From Trichoplax adhaerens (taxonomy: Eukaryota; Animalia; Placozoa), in the NCBI RefSeq assembly GCF_000150275.1, contig NW_002060946.1:5804597-5868596 (forward strand): 64,000 bases of DNA, given 5' to 3'. Within the stretch, counting starts at the first letter, position 1. Every line of letters begins with the position of its first letter. Below are positions 15,763 to 29,400 of this stretch, in pieces. The position numbers and the translations under genes were made by a program. The notes beneath the pieces are model-generated. The model did no database searches, was not told the DNA's origin, and saw only the letters and a program-made list of their open reading frames with translations.

Positions 15763-18700
15763 TTAATTAAAGTGTCCGTCGGTAAAACTCGTTTCTTCAA
15801 GGCCTCCAGAGTGATTCCTCATTGTCTAGAAAATTTTTACGTTTGCACATCAAATTTCCATGAAAATGTGATAATAGGGCAATAGCCATTCTAAAACATG
15901 CTGTACATGTAGACATATATGCTCTTACCTTTCGAATAAATGATTTATCGACAGCTAAAGAATGATTCATAAGCTGCATTCTTTCATCAAGATTGATACA
16001 TTTTGCCATATTGTCTTCTAAATCTTTCAACATTGATACACTTGTTCCCAAGTCTTGAGGAGTATCATGGAAGGAGATCATACCATCTTGCTGATTAATC
16101 GTCGCAAAAATATCTTTTTCCTCTATCTATGAAAATGAGTTTATGATGTAGTTATTAACCAGCACAAATAAAACATAAAAATTTAGCAATTTACCATTCG
16201 TAGTAGACGAAGTTCAGCCTCATTTGCGTTTACCAAATGAACCCGATCGGCCATATCCGCCGGAGATAAGGTCAGGAATGTCTATTAGAAAATGAATACT
16301 GTATATCAGATAGCATTCGATTGAAACCTGCATTTTTAAACAGGCTACAGCTACCTTTGTTAGTCGTAAAATATTTCTTCTAGTCAAAGATTGAATACAT
16401 TGCTTTGCAAGACCATAATTGGAATCCTAATGAGAAATAATTAATGGCTATAATACTGCAACTGGTATCAAAGTGTTTGAATAAGAATTAACCCTCATTG
16501 CCAGTGTTTTCGATTAAACTTACCTCTATCATGGTTTCTCTGTTTTTATTGAGCGACTCTAACACCTTTGGTGCATCGTTCTTTGCATATGCATTGGCAA
16601 AATCATGGTAAGATTTAAACATTGCCTAAGATAGCACATATACCGTAGCAGATCTCAGTAAGCCAATTCAAAAATTATCAGTAACCGAAATGGTGATCTT
16701 CTCATAACAACCATGACTCCTACCTTAAAATTATTGTTAACTAAATGTGAAGTATAAGAAGGCAATGGCACATACTTTCCACGGACGAGCAAACTTATTA
16801 AAATATATTTTTTATACGCTTCAATCATGATACGGCTTAATACATGACAAGGGGTGGTAGTTACCTATTTGTTCGAGTAAAAGTTGATAAAGTTTGACAA
16901 ATAACTTAATGTTGACTAATTAAATGACATTTTCCATTAGTACTAACCACTTCAAAATAGAATAGGGCGAGTTCCCACTTTTTGATAGCCGCATATACCA
17001 TGCCCCCGTAATAAAAGTACAGTAAAAATCGTTCTGTATCTACAAAAGGGTCCTAAGATAGGACAACAGAATTAATTATTAGACGTTGATACGTTTGTTC
17101 GACAGGAAATTTAAGATTCAAGGAATGTTCAACTTTACCAAGCTGGACAGCAAACTTGTAATATCAACGTCTAGAAATGGCACAACAGGCTTTAAACACT
17201 TCGCCGCAAGGCACAACTGCAAGATGAATAAAATTGGCATCGGTGATTTAATTTAATGTCATTTTTGTCGTCGCATCGTTGTAATTTAATTTGATAAAAT
17301 CTTACGTGAAGCTTTACGCTGTTAATTATAATGAGAAGCTCGGCTTCAGTTACCTTTGCTAGATTACAATGAATTGGTGTCAGTTCATCAGGGGAATTCT
17401 GTATTTTGCGAATGAATGCTATTAAGGGTAAAATACCTCGAATGGCCTATATAGATCGATATAACAAGATAGGCGACTATTATAAAACTGGCTGATTAAT
17501 AGCAGTCTCCAATGCTAAGGTTCATGATCAATAACTGTAACATACTTGTCCCCTTTCGATCAGCTTATCCACCATTCGTCCTATAAATTGAGTAACTATT
17601 CAACAAATACAGGCAAGGTAAATAAAAAGTCCATTTTAAGAGTAATACATATTACGTAGCAGCTAGCGTGTAATCATTATTTAATCTTATTATAATAAGA
17701 TATACACACATATCATTCAAAGTGAAAGAGATACGACTAAATATTGATCATTATTTCGTACACTATACAATTACATCTTTCTATATATCGAGAGAGGGAA
17801 AGATCGTCTTCAAGAGGTTTATAACAGTTTGAATAAAAATGTCAATATTACTCTAATTACCTAGCAATATGTCACAATAAGGAAGTTGTTCTTTACAACA
17901 GTGCGTTAAGAAATTCTTCCCTTGAACAAATAAAGAGTCCCAATTCATGGAGGCAGTATTTTTCATTAATTTGATATGCCTGTAACACATGTGTAATCAG
18001 TATCTTGTAGTTTGATAATATCCATCAAATGAAGCTAGCATGTACTAGGCAATCAATATTATTGCTATCATTTAAAATGGAGATACTATTGCAAGTACTG
18101 TATAGGTATTGAATTAAATTAAGGATGCTTTTCCAATCTTATCAAGGATGATATTACTGTTTCAAGACAAAAATAGACACAACATAAGCAGTAGATTATC
18201 TGACTGATGAAGGATAAGTCAATCTTGTACAGAGAAGATAGCCGTTGTGGTTTTGAAGGTACAACAAATAGACGATTAATTAGCCTCCAGTGATATTCTG
18301 AAGTTGTTTAATACTGTAATTATGCTATCATCAAGGGTGAGGATGGATTGGCTACGTCTCATACGAGTCCTTCGGGATCGTCATGTTTTAGTATATCCAT
18401 CCAGTACAGTAGAATATCGCAATAGAGTCGATAATGGCGTTATTAGTCATCATGGTCATCCGTTCCATGCTGCTCTTTCAATCCACTAGAGCTTGTTAAT
18501 TTCCATTTTTTACAATGCAATTTGCAGTCCATTGGCAAGGTGCTTACGGCTCTATGATGGGGCGAAATTGTGCATAGCAGGGAAAATTTTCTATATTGAA
18601 TGGCTTCAGCATCATCCTTTTACTTTCTATGCAGCTCTTTCGATCCACTAGAGGTTGTTCATTGATATTTATTTTTTAACAATCCAATCTGCAGTCTATT

Positions 18701-19285
18701 GGCAAGGTGGTTACGACTCTATGATAGGCGAAATGGTGTATAGCAGGGAGAATAGAAGCTGAGTAGAAAGGGAAAATTTTCAATATTGAATGGCTTCAGC
18801 ATCCTTTTCCTTTCCATGTAGCTGTTTCAATCCACTCGAGGGTGTTTATTGATATTTATTTTTTTACATTCCAATCTGCAGTCTATTGGCAAGGTGGTTA
18901 CGACTCTATCATGGGCGAAATGGTGTATAGCAGGGGAAAATAGAAGCTGAGTAGAAAGGAAAATTTCCAATATTGAATGGCTTCAGTATCATCCTTTTCC
19001 TTTCTACTAGTCAACGCGAACATGTTGGATAGAATAGCTCAAGGCACCGCTATGACAGTGTACTGTAAAGTTGCGAGTTGTCTATATCTATACGTACAAA
19101 AGGTAAAAGTATCCATAACTGTGGCGTGAAACGTCCAAGTCTGCAAGGAGAGCATCCAAGTTGAAGTGGTCTTCTGTTAAAGTTGGCTTAGCAATTTGTA
19201 ATTTCTCTTTCAGAGCGCCGAAATTGCCACTTTCTGATAGCTCTCGAATATCGCTGGAAATGTTGGACAAGTTGTTGGTGGCCAT
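15763..19285 (-). CDS. COPS3: COP9 signalosome subunit 3 (PCI domain)
   Basis: MATNNLS...LDVSRHSYGYFYLL, AIRGILPL..ELTPIH, FLLYFYYGGMVYAAIKKWELALFYFE, IMIEAYKKYILISLLVRG, DSNYGLAKQCIQSLTRRNILRLTKTFLTLS, IFATINQQDGMISFHD. The last exon TMRNHSGG...GHFN* is inferred. Confidence 0.94.
18463..19007. repeat. Intronic tandem repeat, 3 copies of about 160-195 bp
   Basis: Units start at 18463, 18625 and 18812 (ttccatg..gct.tttcaatccactagag ... tgcagtctattggcaaggtggttacgactctat ... atattgaatggcttcagcatc). Located in COPS3 intron 1. Confidence 0.93.
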
Positions 19286-19344
19286 TTTCACCTTTGAATG
19301 TTGATAGCCGCCAGTCAATTTCCACTAGTATCCACAGTATCAAC

Positions 19345-20970
19345 AGTATCACTGTACAGTGTACAGTACTGTAGGAGAAAGGAGATGGAATGAATGTCCA
19401 ATGCGGGGATTTCTCACACTCTACCTACTCAATCAGTAGGCTACAGCCATACTGTACAGTGTTGAGTACGGGTAGGATCCAACACTGACTGGGTATTGCT
19501 TCGTCGACTTGAGATTGTAACCAACGACGGCACTGCACCAGTATCACATTGGTACAATACGCTACAGTGTACAGTGTACAGTATATGAGATTGTACTGTG
19601 GCGTAGTACTGTAGTTCTGGCTGGCTGCCTTGCCGTCTTCCTCTGGAGGTTTTGATTGAAGGCTGACAGGACTAAAAATCCCCAATTTTAAAAGTACTAT
19701 TTATACAACGGTATGCAATCGTGTGTAAGAACCATAAGGCCAGCGAGTATGTGTGTTGCCGTCTTAACACAGTACAGAGGTCTTGACCGGTCTTCCTATG
19801 TACAGTGTACAGTCCCACTCTTTGCATTGTACTGTACAGTGTACAGTACTGCACAGTGACTGCTGACCGGTAAAAACCACAGAGTTGAGAAAAAAACTCT
19901 ACAGTATGGTACTGGACTGGACGATTTGTTTAGTTTCTTTTTCAGATTCAGAATAAGGTAAAACATAGGACTGAAGCCAACATAAAATTACTATACTTTA
20001 TTCCATTATGTAGCGACTATCCATGCAAGAACAGTCGAAACACATAGTAATCATTACTATGGACTTTGCCATCCAAAAGTTGGAAACGAAAATAAACACA
20101 TTCAGTCAAATGACACCGACACTATACTGTACACTGTACGGTACTGTACTGTTCAGGTTCGGTGGTAGTCCTTGACAGTACCAGTACTGTACTCAGTGTT
20201 TTACTCTTGGACGGACAGACATTATGGACCAAGCACCTGGTTATGATAGTACTGTACTTTTAGGAGGGAGACGATCGATTTTCAGTGGACTGATTTTTCT
20301 GAATAAAGTAATACTGTATTACGTTGAATCTTGTTATTTATGACTAAGTTCTGCTTGGAAACAGTTGTATAAGATCGTCGATGTTAATGAAATGAGTAAT
20401 AGTGATTTCGAAAATACTGTAGATACGGAAGATCCATACTAAGTAAGCATTCTTCAAATATTGACGACCTCATTTGGTAAGAATAGTCCGTCTGTCTGAG
20501 GTGGTGATGGCATGTACTGGACTTTCTGAATGGACCTTTACTACAGTAAGGGTTAATACAGAACACGACAATTGGATACAGACAAGACTTCTGCAAGCTG
20601 TAGCTCAGCTTAGTCTAGCCTAGGCCTAGCAGGGTTGGACTAGACATAGTACACTGTACAGTTTGTAGTGGCATAGACTACTAGAAGAAAACGAAGGCTT
20701 TCGCCACAGTAGTCCATGACAGTAGACGCTTTCAGATATCTAGACTCAAAATCGTTAGCCGCGGGTGACATTGATTCTGCTAGCATATGGGTCCCACGAT
20801 CAAGTACCGGATCGTGCATGCCCAATCAGTGTCGCAATCATGACTAAAAATTCTTACTGTGCACTCGTGTACACTGGACAGTATGTGTCCAGTATGGGTA
20901 GCATCCGGCGGCAGTACCGTCCATCCACGTTCTCCTACTGTACAGTGTACAGTGTACAGTGCACAGTACG
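19345..20970. repeat. Dispersed TACAG/TGTACAG arrays across the COPS3-OGDH divergent region
   Basis: Clusters at about 19345-19375, 19440-19615, 19770-19920, 20120-20260, 20645-20665 and 20855-20970 (ctactgtacagtgtacagtgtacagtgcacagtac). Confidence 0.85.
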
Positions 20971-21497
20971 TTACGCATCGCTAGGATGAAACACATCCCC
21001 TATCCGCGACACACACATCTTACTTGGCAATTGCTCTTCGCTTATGGCCACCGTTTACTGCAGCTGTCCAAATTGAAAATCAATTTTGAAACGCAAATTG
21101 ATGCTCTTTATTGCTTAATATCATTCTATTACCTTGCAGTAAGTTGACAAGCTTGTCTCGATATCACTTACTAGTATAAAATCGATAGTTTAGTACGCTT
21201 GAATGCTGTCGGCCGACGCGTGGCGTTCCCTTTTGAACGATGATACACTTCCATACCAACAAGTGATTGATTAGTCAACATGTCTAGTTGGATTATTTTT
21301 ACATTCTAGTAGGCATAAGCAATCGGTAGATTCTTCTACATTAATACTGAATTATTTTTTTTGGGACTAACCATGTGTTGTATTAACTATTGATGAAATA
21401 CTTTCAGCTTGTCAAGAATTCGAATTTCCTGTCTGGGGATAGTGTTTGTTTAGTAATTGATTGAGTTTCATTGATCAACGATACACTGTCGAATATT

Positions 21498-24400
21498 ATG
21501 TATCGTGCCAGTCAAGTTCTGAATCGGCTCCGTCTACTCTCGGTTGCCAGCCTTAATGGCAGATTGAAAAGTACTATACCTCCACCTGGTGCAAAATCCC
21601 TATCGTCTCCTCTTGCTAAAGATTCATTCTTAAATGGCAGCAACGCCGTATTTATCGATAGCTTGTACGATCAATGGAGGGCTGACGAAGAATCGGTTGA
21701 TCCGGTGAGTCAATACAATGTGCTAACATGCCGTAGAGTACTTCATTTCCTACGATAATGCCATTCAAAACAGATACATTATAATGAAGGGTTGATTATC
21801 CTAATACACCTCTTCTATTTTGCGATCAATGCTATATATAGTATGGATTGATCACTAAAACTGCAGTTGTCGTCATAGATTAGCAATACGCTATTACGAT
21901 TTTCAGTCCTTCAACGCAATAATGGATTTGTTCGGCCCAGACACAATCACAATCTTTTCTTCCTAGATGCTGTATTGTCAATTACTCATCATGATTTGGA
22001 CTAGACTATAATTATCCATATACCACACAATCATAATCCTTCTTCCTAGATGCTTTATTGTCAATTACTCATCATGATTTAGAGTAGGCTACAATTATCC
22101 ATATACCGCACAGTCATTTATTATTAAAATTTACGAGAAGACCCATATCGCAGACGCTGCCATGACAGAAATTCCATACAATAGAGCTGGATTGCAACTG
22201 CAGCATTTCAGCTTTTTCATGTCCTAAGGATAGATTATAGATGGCCGGCACAAGCTCGCTTTAGCTGTACAATGCGCCCATCACAATATTTGTAATGAAG
22301 CCTGCCATTATTTCAACGTATCACACTGTAATCGTTGAAAAAATACAACTTACGCTGCTTTAACGGATTCTAATATAGTTCATTTTTAGACCTAGAACTT
22401 GTTTACCAGACTAAATTTGCTATCAAGGTCGCAATGAAAGATTAGATCAGTAATGATTGCGTCATCTCGACAACTTAATGCTACAGTATAGCACAATTTC
22501 CTTCTATAATGCTACAGAGAAAGTCAGATACAAAGTTCAAATGGCCCCCAAGAGGTTTTAGTCTTAATAAGATATCTTTCCAATATTTCAACTCGACATT
22601 AACCTGTAATACGTGGAAATATTCAAAATAGCTCCTAAAATTGCAACTTTTCCAATCAACTACGACAGTTGATCCAGTACTGTTTGATTCAACTATAAAA
22701 ATTATCGATACTACCTACATAGGATGTTATTGAATTAGCACGCGTATTTTATAAAAAAAATTGATTTTCTGGATATTCTAATTCATGTTTCTAGTCATGG
22801 CGAAAATATTTCTCAGAATCCTCGTACGGAATCGATAGCACTGTAACCGGAACCGCTGAACAGTTAAGCGTCAACGAAACCGTTACTGACCATTTAAAAG
22901 TTCAAAGTTTAATCCGCTGCTATCAGGTAAGACCTAAATTGCTAGGGTAAAAGATATTTCTGTCAGAATGCCTACTATACCATCAAATTGAATTTAAAAC
23001 CTTAAGAGTAAGAGTTATAATACACTTTAGCCCAGTGGCCATTTCGATAGTGGTCTAGCTGACATTCTAACGCGTACTTTTACCCTCTTAGCATTTAGGC
23101 CATCATATTGCTGCCTTGGATCCTTTGAATCTTTACAATGCCGATCTTGATCCATCTATTCCATTAGAGCTAAAGCTGCCTACCTATATTAGTAGTATGT
23201 ATTGAATACCTGGTCTATAGGAAATTTCTACAATTATTAATTTATTGCTAGTTGTAAAACAACTTTTAATTAGCTTGCCTTAAAAATAATTTAATAAGTT
23301 ACCCTAATAACCATACATAGCTTAATTAATGGTACTGTAACAGTAATGAAATACGTAGAAACTATTTACTCAACAATTAATGAATTATTGTCATGACTTA
23401 TTTGAAGGTGAGGAAGACCTGCAGCGCTACTTTACATTACCGAAAACGACACAGATAGGTGGCGATGTAAAAACACTCAAGTTGCAGGAAATATATGATC
23501 GTCTAAGGGTAACCTTTTTGCTGTTTGGCTTGTCAGTACTATCTTAATGTTGATTTGACCTTGGAATTGAACGTTAAATAATTAATTATATGACAATATA
23601 GAGAATTTATTGTGGTAGTATTGGCGTTGAATATATGCACATTACCGATCCTAAAACTTTCGAATGGATTCGTGATAAATTTGAAACACCTGGAATTACC
23701 GATTTATCACAAGAAGATAAACTTAAAGTTCTCAGGAGATTATTAAAATCAGTCGGGTTGGTATCATACCAATTAAGTTATAAATTATTTTTGTGCGCAA
23801 AGCAAATCAATGTCTTTGCAATTTTTTTACGAACTTAATAATTGTCATAATTTTATGTATATTAGGTTTGAGAATTTCCTAAATCAAAAATGGTCAACGG
23901 AGAAACGATTTGGTTCGGAAGGTTGTGAGGTACTGTTACAACTATATTTAAGATTATTATCAAAGTGTTAGACTGTACAATATCGGAGTCTGCTGTTAAC
24001 TTGATAGAAATAAATTGTTGGAGGTGTTGACTTAGATTTTACGCTATCGTTGATTTGTATGACCCAATATCTTAAACGACGTCATTGATAAGAATATCGT
24101 AATTATTGTGCTTATACGGCATTAAAACTATAGGTAATAGCTCCTGCCTTGCAAGAAATTGTTGATCGATCAGCCCAGCTAGGTGTTGATAATTTTATTG
24201 TAGGGATGTCTCATAGGTAAGTTTGTTCAATATTTATAATCGAATGAAATGCTAGCTTGTTATCAGATACTTAAATACATGTGATGTAACAAAGCTATTG
24301 CTGTTAGATTGTATTAATGAAACTGAAAGATACACTAACTGTAGTAAATAGTTATTATGGCAATTGCGATAAAAAGTGACCTAAGTCTCGGTTAATGTTA

Positions 24401-27400
24401 CAGAGGACGATTAAACGTCATTGCAAACGTTGCAAAACAACCTTTAGCAAAGATCTTTAGTAGATTTAAGAAAAATCTATCCTTTCATAACGTAGAAGAT
24501 CAGGTATTCAATGAATTGTTCAAGTAGATTTCCGTCATTCATTGTAGGTGACACTTTAGGCAATTTTTATATTGATTTATTTCTACTGTTCAGTTTGCGC
24601 TAAATATCGACGAATGAATGTTCATCGATTTTAAATTAGTGCTGTCAAATAATTAACATTCTTTATTTATTGCCTAGGGTACCGGTGATGTAAAATATCA
24701 TCTAGGAATGTTTACCAATACATATAATGAGGCAGCTGGTAAGGATGTTACCTTTACAATGGCTGCCAATCCATCTCATTTGGAAGGTAATTTAAGCATC
24801 ATCAACAGTTATCAAGTTCCATGCTAACTTAAGATATGCGAACGGTATAACCAATTTTTTTTTACTCATGATTAGCCGTAAATCCAATCGTACAAGGCAG
24901 AACTCATGCAGAACAATTCTTCCATACTGGAGATAATCCTGAAAAAAAGGTAACGTGCGTAGTAGTGCTCTTATATAGATTTAATAATATTATTCGTCCA
25001 AATTTGTTATTTATACCTTTTTTACTTTTTTGAACGTTGTAACCTCTCGATACGATAAAAGTAATATAAGTTTTCGTATTAAATTTAAATCCTAAGGTCA
25101 TGGGTATTCTTGTACATGGTGATGCAGCATTCGCTGGCCAAGGTGTTGTATATGAAACTGTCCAGCTCAGTAACGTAGATAATTATTCAACTGGTGGTAC
25201 TGTCCACATTGTTGTGAACAATCAGGTATCCTTTTTCGTTCGAATACATAATATAGATTGATACCCAACTACTCGGTTTATTTATATATATTAATTAACA
25301 CTGTATAGAGCTTACTGGTGTAACATTTTCAATTTGCTTAAAATGTTATAGATCGGTTTTACAACTGACCCAAGAAATGGTCGATCATCTTCGTATTGCA
25401 CAGATGTTGCTAAGGTATCAAGTATGAACCTAATTTATTGTAGTAAAATCCTTTCACTATTACTAGTACTAAATTGTAAGTTCGATCGGGAGATCTGTAA
25501 CAGGTACTAACTGATATCAAACTGATGCAATAGGTAGTTAATGCTCCGATATTTCACGTTAATGCTGATGATCCTGAGGCCGTGGTCTATGCTAGTCGAG
25601 TAGCTGCTGAGTACAGAGATACTTTTCAAAAAGATATATTCATTGATTTGGTGAGTATTCCATCGAGCTCAATTATTCTGAAATCCTTGCTTTATGTCAC
25701 TTTTCTAGCTAAATTGTACTCATGATATTAAAAATGTGTTCGTTCTTGCGTGCAATTAGGTTTGCTATAGGCGTTATGGTCACAATGAAATGGATAATCC
25801 AGAATTTACTCATCCAGCCATGTATCGTGCAATTAAAACTAAACCAGGTGTACTATCACTTTATGTTAACAAATTGGTCAAGGAAGGAGTATGTACTAGA
25901 GAAGAGTACAAAGTAAGTAATTTTTGTTGAATATCTTATGTACATATAAACTTGTTATATTATTATATGTGTGCATGAAATATTGTAGTCTAGTATTAAG
26001 GTTATGAATAATAATACTTTATTTAATTAATAGCAAGAAGCAAAGCGTTTCAACAACGCATGTAAGGAAGCGGCTGAGATTGCTGAAAATCAAACCAGTA
26101 ATGACGTACATGATTGGATATCTGCTGATTGGAAATGTGAGATTCAAACGAAGAGATAAAATTATTTCTGATAATTAAAATCTTATGTAGCAAAAGTATG
26201 TTTTAACTAAAGTCTTGCATCTTGATTGAAAATGCAGCTTTCCTGAAATCGAGTAATTACAACGAAACTATGGAAACTGGTGTTCGGAGAGACGTTTTGA
26301 ACCACGTCGGAGATGCGTTTTGTTCAGTTCCGAAACATATTACTGTTCACAACAGTGAGTACCCACAGAAGTACAGTGCTTACAAAGGTGCTATTATGTT
26401 GTAATGTATTATACGATTATGTGACAAGTTTATGCCTTTCTCTTTAACTAGCATTGAAGGGTGTTTTAATGAAACGTAAACAACTTTTGGACGATGGTAA
26501 AGCTGACTGGGCGATGGGAGAAGCAATGGCATTTGGATCTCTACTAAAAGAGAATGTTCATGTTAGACTCAGTGGGCAAGATGTAGAAAGAGGAACATTC
26601 AGGTACTCTAGAATGGCTAGTCAATTGTGATTTATTGTTCAAATATTGTTAACCGTTCGTAAATTTACTGATATTCTTAAATTTGTTTTCATTAGTCACC
26701 GTCACCACATTCTACATCATCAATCATATACTGACATTGATGGCAAAATTAAGTGGAACATTCTTGACAATTTGTTCGATGACCAAGGGAGATACACCAT
26801 TAGCAATAGCATATTATCCGAATACGGAGTATTAGGTATGTAACTAATGATATGATATCTTGCTTATTTTCATATTAAATTTATTCGGCTACATTATTTT
26901 ATTATTGCTCATCTGTATACTAGCGTAGTACCGTTTAAACATATAAGAGTTATGTTTTCATATAAAGTTTCAATTTGTGAAGTGATCTAACACAATCCGA
27001 TTAATAGGATTCGAGACTGGATATAGCATTGCCAGGCCGAACATGTTGGTTTGCTGGGAAGCACAGTTCGGAGATTTTCATAATTGTGCTCAGGTATTCT
27101 AACTACCATGTTGTTAAAAAAGTCCGTTAATAAAAAATTGACATTCAATGGTAAAATCTTTTTGCAGCCAATAATCGACCAGTTCATTTGTAGTGGTCAA
27201 GAGAAGTGGGGCTATCAAACTGGTATAGTTTTATTATTGCCTCACGGATACGAAGGCATGGTAGGTTTTGGAGCTATTGAAAGAATATTTGAAGTTTTGT
27301 TTGCATATTATCTTATACTTTTTTATTAACTAAAACTAGGGACCAGAACATTCCAGTGCTCGCTTAGAGAGATTTCTGCAGCTTTGCAATGACGATATGG

Positions 27401-28705
27401 ACGTTATTCCAGTAATTGAGTGTTGTAAATTGAGTATATCAATGTGCTAGGTTTTAAATTGCATTCTCCGCTTTCCCATAAACTTAATAGGAATTAGCAA
27501 GTGAAAGCGACGTAATCAAACAACTGCATGATCATAATATGCAGGTAAATATCACCATTAAATAGACATAGCGACAGAAATATTGTAACATGTTTTTAAT
27601 TGTGTACATTTAAAATTTCTAATTTTAAAATGTTTACTGCCCTCAATTTATTGTAAGTGTAAACCGTCAGTATATTAATAATCGATACCGATATTGTCTA
27701 GGTCGTTAATTGTTCCACACCTGCAAATTATTTTCATGTTCTAAGACGGCAGGTTTCATTTAACTTCCGAAAACCAGTAAGTAGACGCACCAATGATAGG
27801 CGAACGGCTGCTGTAGTTAAACTAATTTTAAATCATTCCAATTCTCTTTAGTTAGTAATAATGACGCCTAAAAGTCTGCTACGACTTCCGGCTGCAGTGT
27901 CTTCCTTAGATGAAATGGGACCTGGTAAATAATCTTCTGATGCTTTCTGTTAATATGATACATTTTTAACTACGATATATCTTCAACATTTTAACATAGG
28001 TACGAGTTTCCAACGTGTTATACCAGAAACAGGTGAAGCATCGGAAGATAGTAACTGTAGTAGTGTAAAGAGGGTTATTTTATGCTCAGGAAAAATGTAT
28101 TACGATTTGCACAGTGTAAGTACTGTAGAAGTATTTATGAAGGTTTTAAATTTTGCGTAGTACTATAATAAAAACATAAAATAATCATTTTTTTGGATTG
28201 TGCAATGAAAATATTTAGACTCGTAAATCGAAGGGCTTAGAAAAAGAAATAGCTATAGCAAGAATTGAACAGGTGAACTGTAATTGGATTGCACTTCTAT
28301 CTAACAATGCTGTAGATTAGACTTTAATCTAAATAACATTTACTATTTATTTACAGTTGTTCCCATTTCCCTATGATATGGTACAAAAAGAGATTGAAAA
28401 GTTTCCAAATGCAGATATTGTATGGTGCCAAGAAGAACCTAAAAACATGGGTGCTTGGGCCTTCGTTCAACCAAGGGTATATAATATCACTGGTCACCTG
28501 AAACTGCCAAGGTTAGTCAATATTGCTATGATCCAAGTTCGTATGAGTATGAACCGTATTGGATACAATAGGAAATAACTCTTCAATTAACTAATATTGC
28601 AGATACGTCGGAAGAAAACCGTCAGGTTCTGTAGCTGCAGGCACTAAAAAAGATCATGATATTCAGCAGGCGGAACTATTAGCAGAGGCCTTAGATGTTG
28701 ATTAA
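21498..28705 (+). CDS. OGDH: 2-oxoglutarate dehydrogenase E1 component, mitochondrial
   Basis: Arg-rich presequence [71 protein letters not shown], ThDP motif [14 protein letters not shown]...[70 protein letters not shown]. More than 20 introns. Confidence 0.97.
21942..22113. repeat. Intronic tandem duplication, 2 x 84 bp
   Basis: cacaatca.aatc.ttcttcctagatgct.tattgtcaattactcatcatgattt...aattatccatatacc occurs at 21942 and 22026. Confidence 0.9.
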
Positions 28706-29400
28706 TTTGGGCAATAGAAAGACTGTCATTGTGACTATGCTTTGACTTTGACATAATTACAGCGAACATGGCAGTATGCCCAGTTAGTAAAATCATTGGA
28801 CTACTGTCTAGTATTCTAGTAATACTTTGTAGATGATATATATTATTTATGCTTACGCTCATAGTTAGTGAAGACCTTTCTCTGTATTACTGAAATAGCT
28901 CTCGAGGCTATTGATGTTCTGATTTGGTGACTTAAGAAGCCAAGTCAATTACCGATGGTTTAAATAATTCATAGAAATTAAATTTTATTTTTATTGAGTC
29001 TCAGCAGTTGATATTTTACTCAAATGGCATTATATTATTATTAATTGTCTTACAGTTGATATGCAGTTACAACGTTGCTAATACCATATCATAAAGCATT
29101 CTGTTATTAATAAAATCCAGCGTATTAAACACGACACAATCTGATATTCCTATGAAGATGCTGCTGCCTTTTTGCGATACTAACATTCGGTGTTATTGAT
29201 ATTGAAGAAATTATACTAAAAATTACAATTTTACATACGTCGCATCTGATGTATTACTACCTATTCAACGAATTAAATAGATTGCATTATTTACATTAAG
29301 GCTAAATCTATAGTATAACAAAAGATTTAAATTGTTATCTTTTCAATAGATTAGTAATCATAAATTGTTAGTTGTTACCAAATATGCATTGCTTCTATTT

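Noticed and set aside
18200-18240. Hammerhead-like CTGATGA followed by a short stem (also about 42525)
   Set aside because: The GAAA core is missing or not positioned after a proper stem II.
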